From contig JAUCBJ010006769.1 of NCBI GenBank assembly GCA_032718475.1, positions 1 through 64,000 of the forward strand: 64,000 nt of DNA, in the 5' to 3' direction. The position numbers and the translations under genes are program-made. The notes under the pieces are model-generated. The model saw only the letters and a list, made by a program, of their open reading frames with translations, searched no databases and was not told where the DNA came from. Each line of letters begins with the position of its first letter. Positions within the stretch are counted from its first letter, which is position 1. Origin of the DNA: Nemertoderma westbladi. Taxonomy: Eukaryota > Animalia > Xenacoelomorpha. Below, one piece after another: positions 33,216 through 47,301 of this stretch.

Positions 33216-33609
33216 GATATATAGTCCGTAATAATAATAATAGTAACCAGTTTGAATGATAAACATACACATTCTGGGGTAAAAAATTATGGATATTTCT
33301 GGTATTAGTTTTTCAATTATCTGTTGCTTTCATGAATTGTTTTCTATATAATTTTGTTTTTATAAATTCTGTACCGGTAGTCCCTTATCGTTATGTCCTC
33401 TATATATCCTTTCGTTATCAGATGGCGTTATTTAGTTTCTATATATTATTTTATTATTTGTTTATGCACAACAAATTTCATTATTTTATAAATACTTTAT
33501 AGGCCTATTTATTATTGGGTATTTTATATTCTCACTTTATATTAATACCGTACTTTTTATTACTATCAGGTACTTTTTATGTTACAGTATTACTGTATTT
33601 ATATTACAA

Positions 33610-35410
33610 GGTTGAGAAAGCTAAGGACGATCTTAAATTTGCCTACAACATCAGCCAGGAAAAGTACATACAGGATAAAACTGAAGCAATTACAACTGCT
33701 CACATACAGCAACAATCAAGACTTACCTGGCAAACTGTAAATGAGGTATCTCGGTATCTGGTCGGAAAAGTTGTGCAAAGGGGCGCCTCAAAGACCTGAA
33801 GAACGTGTTGGGAAGTGGAAAAATCACTTTCAGCAACTTGCTTGGGCAGCCACCAAACATCGAGGTCAGCCCTACAAGGAAAATATATGACAAGACACTA
33901 CCTATAGAAACAGGGGACTTCACACCTGCCGAACTCCAAAGTAGCATTAAAAGCATGTCCAATAATAAAGCGAGTGGATTAAATGAAATCCCAGCGGAGG
34001 TATGGAAAACCGGAGTGCTAAACAGACCATTATTGAATGTTTGCAACCGGATGTTAAAAGGGGAAAAGCCACCACCAATTTGGACTAAAGGTCAACTAAA
34101 GCCTCTCCCCAAGAAAGGAGACCTCGGCATACCAACAAACTATCGTGGGATCTGTCTGCTTGTGGTAGCTGCCAAAATATAAAATAAAATGATTCTATAT
34201 AGGATTAGGCCTCACATAGAGAAACTACTCCGTAAGAGCCAAAACGGATTTCGACCAAGTAGATCAACAATAGCTCAGATACTTGCACTACGGAGACTGA
34301 TTGAAGGAATTAAGTCAAAGAATCTCCCCGCAGTCATGACTTTTGTGGACTTCAAGAAGGCATTCGACTCCACCCATAGAGGTAAAATGCTTGAAATCCT
34401 AAGAGCTTATGGAATACCAGAAGTAATTGTTGCCCGCATTGGATTGTTATATTGTGACACAGAAGCGCAGGTACTCTCACCAGATGGTCAAGCTGAGTTT
34501 TTCTCAATCCTGGCTGGCGTACTGCAAGGTGACACATTAGCACCATTACTATTTGTAATTGTGCTGGATTACGGCCACAAAGGGTGAAGATCTCGGATTC
34601 ACACTTCAAGAACGCAGAAGTAGTAGATATCCGGCAACTACAGTCACAGACACCGACTTTGCGGATGACATCACCCTGCTGTCTAATACACTAGTAGATG
34701 CACAGCTTCTACTAAATAAAGTGGAGAGGGCTGCTAATGAGGTTGGATTGCATATAAATGCTACCAAGACCGAATTCATGACCTTTAATGTTGATGGAAA
34801 CTTGACAACCATTGATAATAATCAACTAAGGAAGGTCGATGACTTCCAGTACCTTGGATCATGGATAGAGAGTAGCAAAAAGGACATAGAAGTTAGGAAA
34901 GCAAAGGCTTGGGTAGCTCTATCAAAAATGATACCATTTGGAACTCAGATCTCCCCAGGCACCTGAAGACTAAGTTCTTTCGAGCCACAGTGGAAAGTGT
35001 ATTTTTGTACGGGGGTGAGACCTGGACACTGACTAAATCACTTGAACAACGAATTGATGGTTGCTACACAAGACTACTAGGGGCAGCCCTAAACATCAGC
35101 TGGAGACAACACATGACAAACGCCGAGCTTTATGGTACAATACCACCTGTATCAACTACCCTCCGTGAAGGCAGATTAAGATTCAGTGGGCACTGCTGGC
35201 GAAGTAAAGACGAGGTCATAGCAGATCTACTTTTCTGGCAACCAACTCATGGAAAGCGTAGTCGTGGACGACCTGCCATAACATATATAGATCAACTTGA
35301 AAGGGATACTGAACTTGGGAGAAACGAAATTGCGACAACTATGGAGAATCGGGAAGCCTGGAAGGATCTCATTTCCACTGCCCGAGTTCGCTCGACCTAG
35401 TAGTAGTAAG
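33610..35410 (+). mobile_element. 5'-truncated RTE-clade LINE, disrupted RT, (TAG)n tail
   Basis: NYRGICL, QNGFRPSRST, FVDFKKAFDS, GVLQGDTLAP, DFADDI, FQYLGS, LYGGETWTL, RLRFSGHCWR. Stop at ~34180 plus frameshifts. Ends TAGTAGTAG. Confidence 0.93.
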
Positions 35411-36291
35411 AAACAGTTGGTTAATGAGGAAGATGAAAGTAAAGTAAATCAACCAGCTTTTACTAATTTTCGAAGACCTATGATAAAAAACTCTCTTTCA
35501 GTATATGCCCGCGCAGGACGACGCTATTGACATTTGTTTGTTTGAGTTCCTTTCATAATAGTATTAGGGCTATTTATCCAAAACAATTACATTAGTATTA
35601 GGACTATTTATTCATAACAATTATATTAGTATTAGGACTATTTATCCATAATAATTATATTAGTATTATAAATGTATTTACCCCACAATATTTATTACTA
35701 TTAGGTCTATTTATTCAAGAAATTATATGTTTTTATAATATACTTTGGAAAATTGGTCGACTAAGTCATAATTTTTAAAACTTTAAATAAGGGTTGAGTT
35801 ATTTTATAAAGTTAAGAAGAGTGAATCAATGGAGGCAACCTGAAGTCTAATCTCTTGGCCTTTACTCATAAGACCGCAAATTAACTCCCAAGGTTGCATA
35901 CTATCACTATAGCTGGGAGAGTCAAAGCTAGTGTACACTAGAGTCAGCCTAGAGCTAGGAAAAATAATAATGCTCTTCTAGGGTTCGAACTCACGACCTT
36001 CTAATTAGAAAGCTAAGCAAATGATCAGCTTGAAGGCCTTAGACCCTTAATCTGAGGCATCGAGCAGCCAATGAGAGAGCAGATGCGAGTACAGCGGTAA
36101 AGCCCATCCATGGTGAGATAACGTCACACTAACTCTCAAGGATAGTTATACTCACCATTCAAATCTCCCTCGCAAACCAGACAAACCAGATTCCCCCCAG
36201 CATCTAAAGTATTCCACTTCAATGCAAAATATATAGAGGTTTAGTTGGATTTGAACCTGTGCTTGTAAACTCTTTTGTGCTCGTATATTGA

Positions 36292-36995
36292 AGTGAGGCA
36301 TAGACTATGCCTCAGTGAGGCAGAGTCTATGCCTCAGTGCCTCAGTGAGGCACTGAGTGAGGCATAGTCTGTGCCTCACTGAGGCACTGAGTCATAGTCT
36401 ATGCCTCAGTGCCTCAGTGAGGCATAGTCTATGCCTCAGTGAGTCATAGTCTATGCCTCAGTGAGGCATAGTCCATGCCTCAGTGCCTCAGTGAGGCATA
36501 GTCTATGCCTCAGTGAGGCAGAGTCTATGGTCTATGCCTCAGTGAGGCACTGAGTGAGGCATAGTCTGTGCCTCAGTGAGGCATAGTTTATGCCTCAGTG
36601 AGTCATAGTCTATGCCTCAGTGAGGCATAGTCAATGCCTCAGTGAGTCATAGTCTTGCCTCAGTGAGGTATAATCTATGCCTCAGTGCCTCAGTGAGTCA
36701 TAGTCTATGCCTCAGTGCCTCAGTGAGGCATAGTCTAAGCCTCAGTGAGGCATATACTATGCCTCAGTGCCTCAGTGAGGCATAGTCTATGCCTCAGTGC
36801 CTCAGTGAGGCATAGTCTATGCCTCAGTGCCTCAGTGAGGCATAGTCTATGCCTCAGTGCCTCAGTGAGGCATAGTCTATGCCTCAGTGAGGCATAGTCT
36901 ATGCCGCAGTGCCTCAGTGAGGCATAGTCTATGCCTCAGTGCCTCAGTGAGGCATAGTCTATGCCTCAGTGCCTCAGCGAGGCATAGTCTGTGTC
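36292..36995. repeat. Palindromic minisatellite with 22/30-bp units (GCCTCAGT)1-2GAGGCATAGTCTAT
   Basis: Read directly. Confidence 0.95.
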
Positions 36996-37057
36996 AGGTC
37001 TTAAATGAGAGTCTTACAAATTCGAACGTCAACGAACAAATTCGACGGTTACTGTTC

Positions 37058-37122
37058 CACCTTGGTGTAGTGGTTGCATTGAATTCACATCTCCCGTATG
37101 TCATGGGTTCGATCCCTGCATG
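37058..37122 (+). ncRNA. tRNA-like / SINE head remnant
   Basis: A box TGGTGTAGTGG and B box GGGTTCGATCCC; no convincing cloverleaf. Confidence 0.4.
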
Positions 37123-37997
37123 AACCACGGCAGTTTTCGTTCGGTCAGCAATAGGCCTAACGTTGCAAAATGCAGTATTATTGCCTAGTAACCAATTCAT
37201 GGCTACCAGATGGTTTTCACTTTGAGACATTTCGCCCTCTAGCGGCAGACTGGGGAACTTCAGAATACTCTGTGACTCTGCAAAAAATATAGCCCATATT
37301 GTAATAGATACCGATTGGGGGGTTCAAAATTAAGTAATAATATATCTAAATAAGCCTCAAACATCTTGCCTCATGGCTCACCCCTTAGAACTGTTAAGCA
37401 ATATAACTTCATAGTTTCGCGAATTGTAATTAACAAAGCTAGAGAAGATGTTAATTTTCAAATAATACGCCCTCTAGCGGCAGACAGGGGAACTTCAGAC
37501 TACTCTATGACTCCGTAAAAGATATGCCCTATGCCGTAGTAGATGCCTACCGACTTTAAACCTATTCGGAATGAAAATAACAAAGTTAGAGAAGATGTTA
37601 ATTTTCAGATAATACGCCCTCTAGCGACAGACTATGTAACTGCAAGTAGCTGGATTTAGGTAAGAGTAATTAGTAATCAGAGGTGTCACGAGAGGGGGGC
37701 GGGGCGCTTGGATACAACTATTATTAATAAGCTGTTGCTTTGTTAAAGCTAATTGGGGGTCAAAGGTCAACGATAAAGATGTCTGGATATAGATAAGAGT
37801 AATTACTTAGCAGTATTGGAGCTGTATACCCTATGGCTAAGTATAACAAGATGAAAGTCAATGAGGTCATTTAGAAACCAATATATAAAACTAATTATTG
37901 GTAAATACAAATAAATAAAGTAAAATTAAATACAAATAATTAATTAAAATTAAATTCAAATAAATAAGTATTAATAAATAAAAGAGCTGCGGTGTAA

Positions 37998-38295
37998 CTT
38001 ATGACACCCTCTTGCGCCGGCTTTGTGACAGTTGGACCACACTGACACCATTGCGTATCGGATTGATTAATAAGGATAATCAATTAAACCCTAATTAGGA
38101 GTCGTAAGACACCTATTAGGGTTTAATTGTAGTAATTAATTGATGACACCTATCAATTAGGGTCTAATTAGCCTAATTAGAAGGTGTCACCAAGACATTC
38201 TGGCGCCAATGACACCCAATGACACCCATAGGTGTCATTGGGTGTCACCCAGACAGTCTGGCGCCAGTCAGTGGGGTCCATCTGTCACAAAGAGG
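37998..38295. mobile_element. Small foldback/MITE-like element rich in GACACC/GGTGTC; partial inverted copy at 49330-49500
   Basis: TTTGTGACAG..GGACC..ACTGAC (38022) pairs with GTCAGTGGGGTCCATCTGTCACAAA (38267); internal palindromes. Confidence 0.6.
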
Positions 38296-38315
38296 AGCAA
38301 GAACCTACTACTAAC

Positions 38316-38562
38316 GCAGATTAAGATTCAGTGAGCACTGCTGGCGAAGTAAAGACGAGGTCATTCATACCAGATCTACTTATCTGGCAACCAACTCATG
38401 GAAAGCGTAGTCGTGGACGACCGGCCATTACATATATAGATCAACTTGAAAGGGATACTGAACTTGGGAGAAACGAAATTGGGACAACTATGGAGAATCG
38501 GGAAGCCTGGAAGGATCTCATTTCCACTGTCCGAGTTCGCTCGACCTAGTAGTAGTAGTAGT
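38316..38562 (+). mobile_element. Second short 3' fragment of the same RTE LINE
   Basis: Close copy of 35172-35408, ending in (TAG)n. Confidence 0.93.
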
Positions 38563-38732
38563 ATTTATATTACCTTTTTCTTTTTTTATTTAGGGCATAT
38601 TACGATTGCCTACCCAATATTCCCCACCCCCACCCCAGCGTGTAAACACATCAATGGTAATCCCTGTTATGGACTCTTCATTAATTAAATAGATTACGTA
38701 ACAATCCTGCAGATAAGGGGGGGGGGGGGGGA

Positions 38733-39116
38733 ACTGGACGCAATAAAAATTCATCCCTCTCCAGGGGAAATTGGACACAAATAACTCTCAAAATTAAAAC
38801 TGTAACCTGTTCTATTGTGTTTAGTTTATTGTTTTGGTTAAAATAACGTGGAGAAATGTGTGTCAGTTTTGTAGTCTCTCTGTGCTCAGACGAGACAAGG
38901 GGGGAAACGGGACGCAAATTCCATCTCGGTGAATTAATACCCCGCCTTAATGTTATATTCTCAATTTTGGGAAAGGAGCAGAATACAGTGGCAAGTTATT
39001 CTAACCAAAACAATAAACGAAAGTCAATAGAACAGGTTACAGTTTTATTTTTGGGAAAGGTCAGTTGTTATTTGCGTCGAATTTACCTGGAGAGGGATGA
39101 ATTTTTATTACGTCGA
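38733..39116. mobile_element. MITE-like element with ~120-bp inverted arms; another arm copy at ~40815-40960
   Basis: GACGCAATAAAAATTCATCCCTCTCCAGG...GTTTTGGTTA versus its reverse complement at 38995-39116. Confidence 0.65.
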
Positions 39117-41204
39117 TAGACCACGAGTTGCGGGACAACCCTCATCTCGTCCTTGATCAGTGCAACCTGACATCTTGCAGTCTTGATATGGATGGTGATT
39201 TACTCAGAACTTTAGTTTAGCGCAGTTTGAACGACGAGGATCGCCTGTAACAGCCTGTCTTAACGAACGCATTTTGCTCTTTGAAGGCAATATTGCAAAA
39301 GTCTACAGAATCCGGTAACTTAATGGATAACCTTGGCAGCTTGGATTGCGATTATATAATCAACCCTTGTAATCGATTTTTCGCGCCTCCGTAGGCAAAC
39401 ATACAATAATACACTCCGTCGTGATTCTGATTTAAAAATGCAATAATCACTACACAATTATTCCCTTTTTCCCCCTTTCCCACCGTAATATTTCTCTCAG
39501 ATTATATCCAATATTACGACATACTTCCATCCCAGACATCTTTAGCCGGCCTCACCCACCAACTCCAACCAATATTGCCGGCTACTCCCCTACGAATCAT
39601 TTCAATTTGCTATCCAATAAAGGAGGTCGCTACACAACCTCCCTCCTTTCTCTCATTGGCCCCTTAATATGCCAACCTCACCCACCTATTACTCTCAGCC
39701 AGTTATTAATAAAGGAGTAATTGATTACCTTCAAACTCTATTGCCGTTCATCAATGATTAGATATTGGTCAGTCAAACAACCACGTATTAATTATATTTA
39801 CATGGGTTGAACGTAAAATCACTGCACAAGAGGAAGATAAATTGTGTTTAGGTGATAATTAGGGGTCAACTTCATATTGACTCCACACCGGGTTTAAAAG
39901 GGGCCACATTTGGATGGAAATGTCAGTCCCAAAATACAGCTTTATAGTTGGCCTCCTCGGTAGCTAAACTAGGCTCTGCTCCAAGGTAGAGGGCGTCTTT
40001 GTTCCCAGGATGGCCTTAGCGGGTTCGCGGTTGCTGGCAAGGTAAGACGATTCTGCCTAGGACTGAGTTTCGACTGAATTTCACTGGCTGGCTTGTGCAC
40101 TCTGTCCGCTGGCTAGGCTATACGGTTCATCCCAGGCTCACCAGGATCGACGGAATAGTTTTGAGTGCAAAAGTAACAGTAAGCATTTGCGTCCAATCGT
40201 TTCCACCCCTGTGTGGACTCAGACGGTAACCTGGTGTTCTGCACTATCGCCAAGTTCCAATAGCGTGAAGCTGCACCAAGTATATTACGACGTTCTACGA
40301 CTTCTATCCATAACTTTGACGTTTTTCACAACCTGTGACTTTTGTATATTTTTTCAGTGTATTTTTTTAGCAAAACAAAAGGACTAAAAATACTCTATTT
40401 TCTATATTTTGGATTATTGGATTATTTTTGATGCCATACTTTGGATCCTAACGGACCCAAAGCACCCCTCACCCGGTTTCTCTTTTCCTCATCCCAGAGG
40501 TTTTTCTATGGTGTTACAGTACACTATTTTTATATGCCAGAAGGGAGCAATATACAGTACGTCTTGGGAAGAACTGAAAATCACTGTGTTTTTGCACTAT
40601 ACTAAAAGGCTGTGGTTGTCCGTAAATAACAAGTCATTGGAGGACCGTATTCTAGTGGGAAATATTTCATGTCAGCCGGAAAACCAAAACACTAAGCAGG
40701 ATATAACACTCCCTGGAACTTTTTAGAGATTCAAAGCCGTTTTAGGAGCTTATCGTACGAAGGAGCACGAGAAATCCATTACATACTTGTTCTCCTGTTA
40801 TATTGGCTTTTGTTTTTTGTTTTGGTTAGAATAACGTGTTACTGTTGTTGTTACCTGTTATTTTCCCATTTAACTTTAGACGCAGATAGGGAGGGGGGGG
40901 GGGGGGGACTGGACGCAATAAAATTCATCACTCTCCAGGGTAAATTCGACGCAAATAACAGCTGATTATTCTCTTAAAAGGGAATTAAAAATTTTGTGTT
41001 CAAACTGAAAAGTGCTGGTTACTTGATTTTTTCATTTTTTGCCGACGTAGAGGACTATAGCAGCCATTTATACTAATCAGATTATTTGTAAATATATTCC
41101 AATGGATTTTACGCACCAGAAAACCTGTATTGAAAAACAATTAGCCGAAAATTGTAACTCTCAAATTTTATGAAAATTGTTCACTACTTGTAATTCACTA
41201 CATT

Positions 41205-41620
41205 GGGTGTGGTGTCCCAGGTGTTCGGCAGGGTGGTGTCCCAGGAGTTCGATAGGGTTGTGTCCCTGCAGCTCGGCAGTGTGGTGTCCCTATTGTTCGG
41301 CAGGGTGGTGCCCATGCCGAACACCAGGGTGGTCTCCCAGGTGCTCGGCAGGGTGGTGTCCAGGTGTTCGGTAGTGTGGTATCCCTGCAGCTCGGCACGG
41401 TGTGTCCCTATTATTGTTCGGCAGGGTGGTGCCCATGCCGAACACCAGGGTGGTCTCCCAGGTGCTCGGCAGGGTGGTGTCCAGATGTTCGGTAGTGTGG
41501 TATCTCTGCAGCTCGGCACGGTGTGTCACTATTGTTCGGCAGGGTGGTGCCCATGAGTTCGGCAGGGTGGTGTCCCAGGAGCTCGGTAGTGTGGTGTCCC
41601 AGGTGTTCGGCAGGGTGGTA
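41205..41620. repeat. GC-rich ~22-bp minisatellite (GGCAGGGTGGTGTCCCAGGTGTTC-like)
   Basis: Degenerate tandem units with a ~120-bp internal duplication. Confidence 0.85.
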
Positions 41621-41939
41621 CATTCACTACATAAACTAATATTGGATATTGAATTATGTTTTGATGTAGGCCTAGGCCTACACCGTGCCCACACTAAAGT
41701 TACAATAACTTCTTTTAACGTGTGGATGGATTTTGCTGAAATTACAGTACTTGCAAACCTTTTCTACTTCGATGCTCTTTCAACACTTGTAATAAAATAT
41801 AAAAAACTCCAAATATATAATTCGCCAGGATAGATAAAATCAAAAATAATTCGCCAGGAAAAGTAAAATCAATACATTTCTATGGGTTAGCCTACATTTT
41901 TCCCTAGGGATGACAAATAACTAAGTTAATATTCAAAGG

Positions 41940-42059
41940 TCGAATAATCGAATCGAAGTCGAAATTTTTCACCTGAGTCGAATCGAAATCGAATCGAAAA
42001 ATATATGGGAAATCGAAGACAAAAAATTGCCTTCGATTCGATTCGATGCCAGTCCCTGT
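41940..42059. mobile_element. Probable hAT-like element end with TCGAA subterminal repeats
   Basis: Clustered TCGAA/TTCGA motifs ending in GCCAGTCCCTG. Confidence 0.4.
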
Positions 42060-45000
42060 AAACCAAGGTCTCTTTGTTTAAGAAAATGAATTGAATAATT
42101 ATTGAATGCTTTTAATTTTAAATTTAATGTTGTAATTCAAAAATATGACACCCCCCCCCCCCTTCCCCAACTTTTATACAAATTTTAAATTGTATTACTA
42201 TATTTTTCGTGCACTTACACCCACTGTCTGTCTCTCACTCTAGGGTTCACACCCTTCAGCGCCCGGCTCGACCGTGGAGCTGTAAATCCATTTATTATTA
42301 TTATTATTATTATTATAAATGTAAATTAATATAAATTAAGTAATTTTGTTCAGAAGTGGAAAAAATGAGAAAGCGCGTCACCGGGGGTTGAACCAGCGCA
42401 AATTTTAATGAATAGCATGATATGAAACAGAGTTACCGTAGTTTCACCTTCCTCATCCTTAGTGACTGAGCCAGTATTTGTATCTTTGGTTTTTATTCTT
42501 TAGCATTTGAAAAAAGTGTCACCGGCGGTGATATTGCAGCACCAGTCCCATCTCAGTTCTCCAACCTTATATTGATTTGATGGTTCTGATGGAAAGCTGA
42601 CCATGCAAGGATTCCAAATATGTAAAAAATTTAAATTTTGGAAATAGCTGAGATATGGGCTTTCGAAAGCCGAATGTTTTTTTTCACGGCGCGAGTCTAT
42701 TTTTTTCTATAAATAAACCATGTTCTAGAACATGATGTAAAAATGCAACTAGACCGTATAACTGAAAAGTTGAAAATAAATCAGCTCATTTCAGCATTTC
42801 GCTCGCTATTTCTGTATTTCATTACTACATTTAGGCCTACTTGAGTTATCATTTAGTGTAATGAGAATTGTTAATTACTGATTGCCTAATTACTGATTAA
42901 TGGCTAGGCCTATTGCATTGATTTTACTTTTTTCCCGGCGAATAAAGCAAACTAAAATATTTTTGGTAGAATTTCTTAAATTTTATTACATGTGTTAAAA
43001 GAGCATCGACATAGAAAAGATTTCCACGTAATTTGAGCAAAATCCATTCACTCACTCAAAAGTTATTACAACTTAGTGTCTGCAAGGCGAACTACAAAAC
43101 AGAACTCAATATCCAATATTGGTTTATGTTGTTAAGCGGTTCTCTAGTTAAGTAATAAATATTCGAGAACACTAAATTATTTTAACATTGAGTAAGGCAG
43201 CATCAGGAGTTGAAGAGTTCAGTAATTTGAATCACAGTAACTATATGGAGGCAATATAGTAAAATACTCATTTCAATATATATTGTAACACTATATTACT
43301 ATATCTTCTATGAAAAAATTGAGCTGCTACAGAAAGGTACAAATTTAAGAATAAATTTTCGTTTTCCATAGGAAAAAACATAGAAAATTTTATTTCAATA
43401 TTATCTCCACCATTTATTAACCTCGCTGACACTCAGTAAATGAAATGTCCCGAGAATAGTGAAAAACAGTTCTACTTTTTTCCCCATGTAATAAATAATT
43501 ATTTATATTCTGCAGGAAATGCGGTGGGATAAGGGTCTAATCGCCCGCATCCGACTAACGACCAACGATTGAGATTTTCCCCTGAAATGGACGCGGCGAC
43601 AGTTTCTTGTACGACCTGCCTTCACCATTACCATTAATAAGAGTCAGGATCAGACTCTAAAGAAGGTACGCATATGGTTGGTTATATGAGCCATGTTTTT
43701 TACATGCCCAACTCTCAAGTATCTTCTTCACGTGTTGGCCATCCTGATAACCTTCACTACGCATTGAAAGAAACAGCCAATGGAGTCACCCGATTGTAAT
43801 TGATAAGTTTCATGAATGAGGACTACAAAATTCTCTAACTGGCGACACTGGAGATTGATTCGTGAGTCCGAGCCCAGATAAATTATCTATAGGGGGGACA
43901 CGTGCACGTGTAATCCGAGCTCGGAATGGAAGAATCTTTATTGAAAAATTTGAGCCACATCGATTTTTTGGCCGGATCTCATCTGGAATCCATCGCCTTA
44001 TTTGATATTCCATTGCATAATTGTGTAGTTTACAACTTTTTTTATTGGTTAAAATTAATTATTTTGTTCAGAATGATTTGGTAATCAATTGAATTTGGTT
44101 AATTATAAATAATTAAAATATCTTATTATTATTGTCACTGGGGAAACTCATTATGCAGAAATTCTCAAAGGCAGTTCAGTTCATGTGACTTTTATTCCAC
44201 TGATAACACTTCAAGGGCTGTGCGAAATGTGACAAAAGTGTCATTCTGAGATAATCACACTTTTGCGTTTTTTTTTTTACCTATACAATACAGTTGATGC
44301 TGGCATTCTGTATTTTTGCATGCAAGTACAGGGATGTATTTCAAAAATCTTTACTTTCAAAAAAACAATTTTCAAAAACTTCAAAATTGTACATAAGACC
44401 TTTTTTTGTTTTTTACGATTTTTACTATACATACAGTAGGACTATTTTACTCCAGGATATCAGGCAGTATTGTTCATAATATGATCTCAGAACCTTATTG
44501 GTAAGTTAAGTGAGGTCTCATAGGACCTCTGTAAGAGTATAACACTGATTCTAAGAAAATGTAACAAATATGACCTTTTTATGCTCTGCTCAGCCCTTCA
44601 CTTAATTTCTCACTTTGTGCGAGCTTGCGGTGTAACTAGAAAGTCCGTGGCCGAAGGACAGAGTACATCATAATCATAATGGCACAGCCCGTGCTTTGGC
44701 ATGAGCGAATGAATTTATAACTTTTTGAAAGTCTAGTTTCTAGGCCCTGTCCCGTTCAATTGAAAGAATGGCAAGGTCTGTTAGCCTCTGCTGCCCCATG
44801 ATTGAAAGTTTTCAACTATTTTACATTAATTTTCAAATGGGAGCGACCAAGCTTGAAATTATATTGTTCATTCACCCTGATTTTGCCCCCCCCCCCCCCC
44901 CCCCCCCCTCAGCTACGCCACTGTCCTACACGCTGGGTCGTGACTCGCATGTTCGCGCATCTATATGATGCAGACCATCCTGAGCCCGTGAACATAAAGG

Positions 45001-46668
45001 CTATCTCGAGGCTGGTTTTTTACACATTTACTTGATACTTGCATGAATGCGTATTTGAGGTAAAATGGCGGTCTGTATTTGTTTTGTTATCGGCCAAATC
45101 AAATTACTGGTCAGCAAGCAGGAAATTATAACAGCAGTTGCATCATCGCCACTCTGTTCTAACTGACACTTTGCAGAAGAAATTCTACCTGACCACAGGC
45201 TTCGTGTTGGGAGGACGCCGACCAGTTTGCGGTTCTTCAGTCTGCCACTAGGAGGCGAAATGTCTGAATGTGAAAATCTTATCCTATTTTGTTATTAATA
45301 ATGATTTTTAGAGGTCCTTCACAGAATAAGTTTATAATGTTTTTTTTGCTGATACCAAGCAGAGTATACTACACCTTAGGGTGTGTATTTGGGGAGACGA
45401 TGACCAATCTACAGTTCCCCAGTCTGCCGCTATCAGAGGATGAAATGTCTGAATGAGGAAACCTACAATTTTGTTGATTATGAATGTTTTTTTTGCTGAT
45501 ACTTGGCACTTCACAGAGGACTACTACACCATCGCCTTCGTGTTTGGGGAGGACGCTAAGCAGTGCAGAATTATCCAGTCTGCCACTAGGGGGCGAAATG
45601 TCTGAAATTAAAACCTTCCATTTTAATACGATAGAGTTGCTGCAGTGACCTACTGCACTATAGGTTATGTTTGCGAGGACGCTAACCACTACTCTGCAGT
45701 TAAACAGTTTTCCACTAAGGGGAAAATATTACACATAGATGAAACCTTTTCCAATTTTATTATTTGTAATCCATTGGAGGTGTTACTTGGAAGGTATCTA
45801 CTACAACATAAATAAAGCCTTATGTTTATTATTGTATGTAGCTGCAACTAAAGCGGGATCAGTGTGTTTGTTTGAGAGAATGCTCACTTATGTAAAGTTT
45901 TTAATTAATTAATATATTTACAGTGGCGGATCTAGGAATTTTTGAAGGGGGGGGGGGGGGGGGGGGGGGGGGGCACTTTTTATAAATACCGTACACTAAT
46001 CCTCTCATATCATATCATGCATTATGTTACCTAGATAGCTAGTAGATATAATTTGTTTTTGCAGTACAAGCTTACAGGCCCGTAGACAGAATTTTAAAAG
46101 GGCGATTCGTTTTACCAAAAAAGGGTACTTTTTAATTCGTTTAACTAATGAAATATAGGCCTATCCATTGGTTTAGCCAGAGCATAATTAAGGTAGGAGT
46201 AGGGTGGGGGTCTACTACTAGTACTGTACTGTAATCAACCTGCTGCATTGAAACTGAACATTGATATGCTATAACGGCTTAATAAAAGTATTTTTCACCA
46301 CCATGCAATCCACAATTGGCAAGCCCAATGCAGCGTGCATTAGGAATGCTATGCCGGCTTATCAACAAAGTAGCACCGCCACAACTCCCTGTTCGAGCTT
46401 TTAGACCTTTAGCAGTTTAACCTGCCAATTTTAGTTGTCCTCTTGTTTATAAATCGACTTTAGCCTATATCAATTATTTAATGTACTGAAATTACATCAG
46501 CGAAGCCAGTCTGTGCGCGATCATTCACCCACAGTTAAGGGAGACTGGATTCGGATGCCTTGAAAGTTATTGCAATGTAGACCTACTGTATTATTCGATT
46601 GATCGTTACTATATAATCCCTGACAATATATTTACTTTCGGGGAAATATTAACAGTTCCTTTAGGACG

Positions 46669-47301
46669 TGGCGCTTTAAGTATAAAAACAGAGTTATGAC
46701 TTATACTAATCACAACTAGATGGCCACAGAGTTTCGTAAATAGCGCATTCTTTAGGAGATGCTTTATTATCTGTCACACTACTTCACACGACTTCACACT
46801 ACTGCGCACTAATCTGCCGACCGTCACTGACTTGGATCATATATAAGGAGGATTGCAACTGACACAAGTAGGGATTATGAAATAGCATTTAATTCACACA
46901 AAAACCACTATTATTTAAGTCGCAATTGCTACCGGTAACCTGTTCCTCTTACCTTTAGTAATCTAGAAGATTGGGGGTTTTATGATTATTTATTGGTATT
47001 CTCCAAATATATCAGCAATATACATCAATATAACAACAATTAATAACAGAAGTAAAATAATGCGGTGAACAGTCAGTATGTGTTACGTAATGAAAGACCG
47101 TAATGTTACGAGGTGGTAGGTTCATCAGTCAGTATGTCGGTGATCCAGGTCAGTAGGTGTCGGGATAATAGATTTACGTTCTTATAATCAAAGCCATCTA
47201 ATGTTTAGGCCAAAGTCTGAAACTTCCAAAACAGAAGTACAGAAGATTCCAAGCCGGTTCTGAGGCTCAGAAAGGTAAATAAAGACCGTAATGCATTGCG
47301 C
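46669..47301 (+). repeat. ~600-bp dispersed direct repeat, copy 1
   Basis: TGGCGCTTTAAGTATAAAAAC...TAATGCATTGCGC, repeated at 48516-49116. Confidence 0.9.

Noticed and set aside
39945-40250. HDV-like ribozyme or RTE 5'UTR in a GC-rich segment
   Set aside because: Could not fold the nested pseudoknot by eye; an RNArobo/Infernal search would decide.
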